From: an uncultured Methanoregulaceae archaeon
Lineage (GTDB): Archaea; Halobacteriota; Methanomicrobia; Methanomicrobiales; Methanospirillaceae
DNA length: 64,000 nucleotides
Assembly (NCBI GenBank): GCA_963815395.1
Contig: CAWFHC010000002.1
Location: 70,432-134,431 of the forward strand
Reading direction: 5' to 3'
Shown: positions 57,342-64,000 of the stretch, piece by piece
Layout of the letters: the number at the start of each line of letters is the position of its first letter
Numbering within the stretch: position 1 is the first letter of the stretch
Notes under the pieces: generated by a model
Database searches by the model: none
Seen by the model: the letters and a program-made list of their open reading frames with translations, nothing else
What the model was told of the DNA's origin: nothing
Program-made: the position numbers and the translations under genes

Positions 57342-58366
57342 ATGGCAGTAAAAAGTTATCTCGATTTGAAAAGTGAGGTCTGGGACACGGGCCAATGTTC
57401 GGGATGCGGTGCATGCGTGGCAGTCTGTCCTGCGGATGCCCTGTTCTTTGATGAAGGAGAAATGGTTGAATCGTCCAAAGAGTAACGGGTACTGCAAACA
57501 GGCGACGGATCAATGTCACTGCGGGGCGTGTTACGCAGTGTGTCCCCGGATCGGCAATCAACCAGCAGAAACAATCGGGAAATTTCTCGAACTTCTGACA
57601 GCAAAAGCAACATCTGACGTCCCGCGTAAACAGAGCGGGGGAGCAGTCACGGCAATTCTTGCAAATGCGCTTGACGAAGGTCTTATCGATGCAGTTGTCA
57701 CGAGTTACCGAAGATCGGTGGACGCTCAAACCCTCGTCCGTAATCATTACAAAAACCGATGTGCTCATTGAGCAGGCTGGCAGCCGGTACAGCTGGTGGG
57801 TACCGCTTCTTGCGGCTCTCAAGTATGCGGTAGTCATCAAAAAGTTCAAACGGATTGCAGTTATTGGTGTTCCCTGTGCCGTTCAGGCAGTAGCCCGCAT
57901 GCGTGAAAGTGAAAATGATCTCCTAAAACCGTATGGGAAAGCAATTCGCCTCGTAATCGGCTTGTTCTGCACCGAAACGTTTGATTATAATGCACTCATT
58001 CTGGGAAAACTCAAGACCCACTACAATCTCGAACCTCACGAGATTAAAAAACTCAATGTGAAAGGAAAACTGGAGGTGCTGAAGCAGGACGGCAGCACCA
58101 CAATCGTGCCGCTTGCAGAACTGGAAACCTGCGTCCGTAAAGGCTGCCATTTCTGCACGGATCTCACTGCAGTGCTTTCTGATATATCAGCAGGAGCGAC
58201 AGGCAGCCCTCCGGGATCAACAGCGCTTATCGTCCGAACCCCCACAGGGAAAGGATTTGTCGACAGTGCAGTGCAAAACCAGAAGCTGGATGTCACGCAG
58301 GGTATTGATTCTGCAGCCATTGAGAAACTGGCATTAGCAAAAATCAAGAAAAATTCAAAAAAATAA
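57342..58366 (+). CDS. FrhB/FdhB-like F420-interacting flavoprotein subunit with N-terminal ferredoxin; frameshifted
   Basis: CSGCGACVAVCP, CGACYAVCPR, QSGG.VT.IL, AGSRY, GVPC, IGLFC.E.F, GC.FC.D and DIS.G..GSP.G. Confidence 0.88.
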
Positions 58367-58444
58367 TTAAAAAAATCAGCATTCCTGTCTATGGGTGACA
58401 CGTATCAGATTACCTGTAGTAATGGTTTCTTTTTTTATCTGTCT

Positions 58445-59815
58445 TTATTTTTCCCAACTCCTTATCCGTGTCAGGGGTGAGCACCGATCGAAAAATTCTG
58501 CGATAAATGGTGAAAATTCTTCTTTCCAGCATTCAGCGCCCTCAAGAAGGGTCCACCCCATCTCCAGCGACTGCCGCACATGTTTCCCCAGACTTACGCT
58601 GATGAGAGCATCTGAAGACAGCAGGCTTTTTGCCGTCTGATAATCTCTGGGTACATCGATAACGTACCGCCCGTCTTCAATAAACGGATGAGACTGACAT
58701 TCCTTCAGGTATTTTTCCCGGAATTTGTCTGCATTTGTACGGTTCCAGAGTGGCGGCCCCAGGTGGCGGCGTATTGCCGGAAGATCCCCCACAAGCAGCT
58801 CAAGAAGGATCATGCATTCCTCTGATTGCATATCATAGGATGCGTGATGGACGGCAAACCCGTTTCGCTCCAGCAGCTCCCTGATTGCTGAAACACTGCG
58901 CTTGAGCTGCGGCACAACAATTTCCGGTATATACCGGGGTGTCGCAAAGATGACAGCAAAAACATACGTATTCCGTCGGGCGATATGTGCAGCAAGTTCT
59001 TTTTTCAGGATACAGCGTTCCATCGGGTGAAGGAAGAATCCGGTTTCGGGTTTTTCACCGTACCCTCTCGCCAGCTCAACAAATCCTGCCATGCGATCCA
59101 ATGATACTGCCGCTGCCACGTTGCGTTTCGGATCGACCGGATCGATCACGATTAATGGTTCCTCGAATGTTTTTGCCGCGTGGTTCTCAATATCGATCAC
59201 AATCCCGGGTCGCCATGATGCCGCTGCCTGGATAAGTGGAGTAAATCCACCATAATGAAGTACAAGAAGCTCGCAGAGATATCCTGAAAATCCTTCCGTC
59301 ATCTGGTCTGACCCATAGATACCCCCGGCTTTTGTGAATTGTTTGAGCAGGAGGACATCATCTATTAAACCATTGATCTTTCCGGTAATGTAGCGGGTGT
59401 GAAACGGAGTACGATCTACGGCACTCTGGATCCTCGTAGCGCTGTCCACGTTATAACAGGGAACAAGATCCACATCCACATCCTCAATAGTCGCATTAAT
59501 GTACGGATGCTCGGCATACTTTTCATGGAACCTCTCGGTGAATGAGGCTGCAATGGTCCGGGCGAGTGCCAGCCCCTCGGTTTCGAGTTCCTCCCGGGAC
59601 AAATCCGGATCAAAGAGCATGAATACATCGAGATCCCGGTCTCCACGAACCCATGTATGTCGTGCAACAGATCCCACTACCATCCCCTCGGCCCTGCCAC
59701 TCTGGGCAATCGCAGCGAGCAGACGCCGTGCAAGATCGGAGACATGATCGCGTTCCGGGCCGGTTGGGCGAAGATCTGTAAGGACCTTCTCTTCAATTGG
59801 CAGACGGTTCACCAT
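58445..59815 (-). CDS. cca: Archaeal class I CCA-adding enzyme
   Basis: VGSVAR.TW...RDLD.F, YAEHPY, SAVDRTPFH, GFSGYL.ELL and DPVDP.RNVAAA. Confidence 0.96.
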   Translation of the reverse strand: MVNRLPIEEKVLTDLRPTGPERDHVSDLARRLLAAIAQSGRAEGMVVGSVARHTWVRGDRDLDVFMLFDPDLSREELETEGLALARTIAASFTERFHEKYAEHPYINATIEDVDVDLVPCYNVDSATRIQSAVDRTPFHTRYITGKINGLIDDVLLLKQFTKAGGIYGSDQMTEGFSGYLCELLVLHYGGFTPLIQAAASWRPGIVIDIENHAAKTFEEPLIVIDPVDPKRNVAAAVSLDRMAGFVELARGYGEKPETGFFLHPMERCILKKELAAHIARRNTYVFAVIFATPRYIPEIVVPQLKRSVSAIRELLERNGFAVHHASYDMQSEECMILLELLVGDLPAIRRHLGPPLWNRTNADKFREKYLKECQSHPFIEDGRYVIDVPRDYQTAKSLLSSDALISVSLGKHVRQSLEMGWTLLEGAECWKEEFSPFIAEFFDRCSPLTRIRSWEK

Positions 59816-60348
59816 TTCACCTCAAGCAGGTCTTCGTATACCGGGCCCTGCTGCAGGAGAGTACTTTTTTTTAATTTTAAACCGCAGATTGTGCACCTGC
59901 CATACGACTTGTCTTTCAGGCTGTCAAGGGCGGAAAACAGGGAAGGATGGGGTGATTTAACTCTCGCCAGAGTTGCGTGAGGAGTGAAGCGGCGCGTTTC
60001 CCGCTCAAAACCAAGCGGGAGAAGTTGATCTTCGATATGATGGAACAATTGTTCCCCCTGTCCGGAATCATCGATAGCACACCAGATGGTGTGGGGACGT
60101 TTTGGATTGTTTACCGTAACCAGGCCAGCTTTTACGGGAAATGAGGGAAAGGCAAAAGACCTGAGTGCATCTATTACTCCCGGGAGTCTTTTCTCATCCA
60201 CTTCACCGAGAAATTTTACTGTTATATGGATATTTTTTGGATCAACAAAGGTAAGACGGGCTCCGCACCCGCGGATGGTCTCCTGCGCCAAAGCGAGCTG
60301 ATCCTGGATATCTTTTGAAAGTTCGAGTGCTACAAACGTTCTTACCAT
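59809..60348 (-). CDS. thpR: RNA 2',3'-cyclic phosphodiesterase (2'-5' RNA ligase, 2H family)
   Basis: HITVKFLGE and F.PHATLAR 2H motifs. Confidence 0.93.
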   Translation of the reverse strand: MVRTFVALELSKDIQDQLALAQETIRGCGARLTFVDPKNIHITVKFLGEVDEKRLPGVIDALRSFAFPSFPVKAGLVTVNNPKRPHTIWCAIDDSGQGEQLFHHIEDQLLPLGFERETRRFTPHATLARVKSPHPSLFSALDSLKDKSYGRCTICGLKLKKSTLLQQGPVYEDLLEVKW

Positions 60349-60477
60349 TACCGTACTATTATTTCATACCACTACTAATGATAATCGCTTACGGTATACA
60401 TCATGGGGAATGAACAAACCATGATTTTTTTATCTCGGAAAGCCTATTGGATAGATAACTGTGTGAGGGTGTTTTTT

Positions 60478-60747
60478 GTGCCGGAAAAATCGCAATTGAT
60501 CGTATATACGCTTGAGTATTGTCCGAATTGTGACAATCTGAAGGGATTTCTGAAGAACAGCGGCTATACCTATTTCGAGCGTGACCTTTCGACTGCGGAA
60601 TCTCTCACGGAGCTGCGGATGAATGGGATCTTTGTGAATGAAGCCCCGGTTTTACAGAAAGACTCCGATTTCTACACTTCTGCGGATCTTTTTCCCGCAG
60701 GCAAACTGGACGGAGAGCACTTATCAAAGCTGATATCAGGTGAATAA
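60478..60747 (+). CDS. nrdH: NrdH-like glutaredoxin
   Basis: VYT...CPNC..LK and APVL; stop overlaps the nrdD start (TAATG). Confidence 0.85.
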   Translation: MPEKSQLIVYTLEYCPNCDNLKGFLKNSGYTYFERDLSTAESLTELRMNGIFVNEAPVLQKDSDFYTSADLFPAGKLDGEHLSKLISGE

Positions 60748-62929
60748 TGGCACACCGGGAGACCAAGCAGCTTACTTTTGAGGGAATCACAGTTCCCCTG
60801 CTCCCCTCCGTCCGGACATCTGACGGGCATATCATCGAATGGGATCGCAATTGCATTGTCCGACAGATTGTTGAGGAGACTAAACTGGTCGAGACCTTTT
60901 ATGGGTACGAGGGCGCTGACGAAGCGACAGCGCAGGAAATCGCGCATGATGTGGAAAACCGGATCAAGAACATGGGTTTGAAGTCCCTCTCCGGGCCGCT
61001 TATCCGCGAGATCGTTAATATCACACTGCTTGAAAAGGGTATGATACAGTACCGCAATGTTTCGACCCGTGTCGGTACTCCTGTTTTTGACGCACATCAG
61101 ATCGATGTCGGGAGGGGATTTGAAGCGCACGACAATGCAAACCTTCAGGAAAATGCCGAGACTTCACACAAAAAGAAGGCGGACAAGATATCAAAGGAAC
61201 AATACCTGCTCCAGCTCCCCCCAATCTCGCCGATCATCATCTTTCCGGGGAGATGCACATCCACGATCTTGAGTATTTCGGTACCCGCCCGTTCTGCCAG
61301 GACTGGGATCTGCGTTATTTCTTCTATTATGGACTTATGCCCGACGGCAATGGCACAAAAGCTTCCGTGGCTGGTCCCGCCAAACGTGCTGAGGTTGCAA
61401 TCCTCCATGCAGTGAAAGCACTTGGTTCTGCACAGACAAATTTTGCCGGTGGACAGGGTTACTACAATTTCCTCACCTTCCTCGCCCCTTACATGGAGAA
61501 GATGGAATATAACGAGATCAAACAGAACATGCAGATGTTTGTGTATGAAATGACGCAGATGATGGTTGCCCGCGGGGGTCAGCTCGTCTTCTCATCGATT
61601 CAGCTCTCGCCAGGTGTCCCGACACTCTGGCAGGACAAGCCCTGCATCTATAAGGGAAAAATATGGGATGGCAATTCTGCACCCCGCCGGACGTATGGCG
61701 AGTTCGAGCGTGAAGTGCGCCTCCTTTTCAAGGCCCTTATGGAAGTGATGCTCGAGGGAGACTACTGGGGAAAACCGTTCAACTTTCCAAAACCTGAGAT
61801 CTCTATTGAACCTGATTTCATGAATGAACGCGAAGAGTTCAACCGCAAAAACCCTGACCTGCCTACCTTCCAGGAATTATACCTCATGACCTTTGAGCTC
61901 GCCTCGAAGTTCGGCACACCTTATTATGATAACCAGCTTCCTGCTTACCGGGGAGCTGGAAAAGGGATTTCCTGTTACCAGTGCTGTGCTTACCAGTTCT
62001 CAACAGTGGCAGACAAGGATTCTGATTTTGAAAAAAAACTTTTCTTCGAAGATGGAAGGCATTTCTCGATGGGTTCATGGCAGGTTGTTTCGGTGAATTG
62101 CCCTCGCGCAGCCTACAATGCTGAGGGAGATGATGCACGGCTTTTTGCCGAACTCAAGGCGCTTATGGATGTCGCGGTGGAAATTTTTAAGATCAAGCGT
62201 CGCTGGATGGACCTGATCCGGGCGAACAGCCGGATGCCTTTTGCGATGCAGCGCCCAAAAGATCCGAACACCGGCGAACGCGGTGCACTTGCAGTGGATC
62301 TGGAAGGGCTTGTGTACACGATTGGTGTCGTCGGCGTGAACGAGATGGTGCAGCATCACACGGGCAAACAACTCCACGAATCAAAAGAGGCGTTTAAACT
62401 TGCCATACGCGCAATGACAGAGATGGAACTCTACGGTCATGAACTGTCAAAGAAGAACAACATGACCATAGCGCTTGCCCGGACACCGGCGGAGACAACG
62501 GGGCAGAGGTTTGCAGTTGCCGACCTGCTTGATCGCCGTTATCACAATTCTGCCGTAAAGGTGATCAAGGGTGACATTGAAGAAGGTCTGGAGATGCTGG
62601 GCAAGAGCCGCGACCTCCCTGTTTATTACACAAATGGTACCCATGTCGCACCAGGTGCCAACGTTCCGCTGACAAAACGGATGGAGATTGAGCATGTATT
62701 TTTCCCCATTGTAGATGGCGGAAACATCTTTCATATCTGGCTCGGTGAAGCCAGACCAGACCCGCGTGGACTCATGGATATGGCGATGAAACTCTGCCGG
62801 AATACTCAGATCGGTTATTTTGCCTTCACCCGTGACATTACTGTCTCGCTGCGGCAATTCCACGAAATGCGCTCGGGAAAATTATCTGTTGCCCCGTTAG
62901 TCTCATCAGATTTACCGGTGAAAGTGTAA
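60747..62929 (+). CDS. nrdD: Class III ribonucleotide reductase catalytic subunit with ATP-cone, lacking C-terminal Zn/glycyl-radical domain; frameshift near 61220
   Basis: ATP-cone VRTSDG....WD, HIHDLEY, GGQG, QCC, NCPR, TPAE, YYTN..H, GGNI.HIW and YF.FT; no RxxGY. Confidence 0.9.
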
Positions 62930-62999
62930 TCTTTTTTTGGTACACTGCCAATTTTGCACCTGTTTTTTTCTGAGAACTCACTCAGGATACATCCCTCAT

Positions 63000-63170
63000 G
63001 ACCCTCCCGGGGGCTTTTGCAAAGCCTCAACCCCCGCCGCTGAGGCTACCCCCATAACGTGATAGAACTGCGTATTCTTTTTTTCGTCATTTGAATATAT
63101 CAGAAAAAAAGGAATTTTTTTTTAAAATTCATTTTAGTTCAGTTTGTATGAATCGTTTTTTACGTCGCAG
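63000..63170 (-). repeat. Diverged relic related to MITE family B
   Basis: Reverse complement contains CGACGTAAAAA and GTTCTATCACGTTATGGGGGTAGCCTCAGCGGCGGGGG, matching the family B interior. Confidence 0.6.
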
Positions 63171-63669
63171 GGCGATAGTTATCTTTGGTATTTTATAAAC
63201 GGTTTACACGTTTTTTTAGTTTACGGGATTTAATTCCGGGAAATTCCTTCTTCTTTGATAAAACTGGTATGATGAAAGAGAGGATTTGGTCTGTCCGTCA
63301 GACAATCCTGCCGGGGATAATGACGAAATACCCGTTTGGGGTATCGCTACAGGGCGGAGCATAAAGGGTCGGAAGGGAAAAACCCCTGCCCTAGTGGCCT
63401 GGTTTTTTTCCCTGGGAAAAACGGATGTTCTGGATTTTAAAAAAGAGATTGTCTGACTTACTCTGTTGGAATGAACGCCGCCGTTAGCGATGGGACGCCC
63501 CCGTGGCGCTCAACTTACTGGGAACGCTGAGAGATTTATGCCCCGCGGTACCTATGAGCAGCCTTAATTCGGGGAGGATTCTCGTATTTTATCAATTTTC
63601 ACGGTTTGGAATGAACTCAATGGGTTCAGGCCGTTTTTTTCAGAGCCCGAACCATATAAAAAAACAGAA

Positions 63670-64000
63670 TCAGAACTGCTTCATTTTTTTGAGTGTGATA
63701 TCCATCAAACCCCGGTGGATACGATAGTAACTGTGAATTCTGTCGACAGGCTTTTCAAGCATAATCGTGACGTCCCGGTTATCAACACTGACATGTACGG
63801 TGTTTGTCTGGATGTCAATTGAGGGAGCATTCTTCGGATCAGCAGGTATCGTTGCGGTGATATAAATCATATCTTCGGATTCCACAACTTCGTAGGGAAT
63901 TTCATCATCATCGTCGGCATTGCCAGGCCGGAAGATCTCGGGATCTCCGTTTGAAGGATGTCGGGTTATTATCGTGTATCCTACTATCCGTGCGTGATGG
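63670..64000 (-). CDS. Hsp20/alpha-crystallin-like small protein (5' end beyond window)
   Basis: Frame open to the window edge; YEV.E..D.IYITA.IP ... Y....G.MDITL.K. Confidence 0.65.
   Translation of the reverse strand, partial: HHARIVGYTIITRHPSNGDPEIFRPGNADDDDEIPYEVVESEDMIYITATIPADPKNAPSIDIQTNTVHVSVDNRDVTIMLEKPVDRIHSYYRIHRGLMDITLKKMKQF

Noticed and set aside
62850-62960. Alternative-frame text 'CCPVSLIRFTGE' as a hidden NrdD glycyl loop
   Set aside because: It lacks paired CxxC motifs and the GY residues, so it is probably coincidental. Read-level checking is still advisable given the indel rate.

Overview
Chromosomal window from a hydrogenotrophic methanogenic archaeon. Order Methanomicrobiales (Methanoregula/Methanolinea-like) is inferred from the archaeal CCA enzyme, Trm5, ArfC, an FrhB-like subunit, NrpR operators and PKD lipoproteins. 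Many genes carry single-base frameshifts, including glnA, nrdD, copA and arfC, and these are densest after about 44 kb. I read them as long-read assembly indels, not pseudogenes, and reconstructed those genes across frames. Contents, in order: (1) a stand-alone NRPS-like A-T-TE enzyme with an overlapping Sfp-type PPTase and an upstream FkbM methyltransferase; (2) housekeeping and stress genes (trm5, satP, fused aguB-aguA, peroxiredoxin, VIT1, metG, DHH, tRNA-Phe, prpE, alkA); (3) a branched-chain amino acid ABC transporter split over both strands; (4) a copper/iron cluster (copA, YHS, ferritin); (5) a nitrogen-assimilation island with a stand-alone GltB-FMN protein, two amt-glnK pairs, glnA, a split glutamate synthase with an F420-binding FrhB-like subunit, and NrpR boxes; (6) cca and thpR; (7) nrdH-nrdD, where NrdD lacks its glycyl-radical C-terminus. 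Intergenic regions hold two MITE families with TIRs and TSDs plus a dispersed covarying hairpin repeat. The best candidates for undescribed biology are the archaeal A-T-TE/PPTase system and the apparently split class III ribonucleotide reductase.
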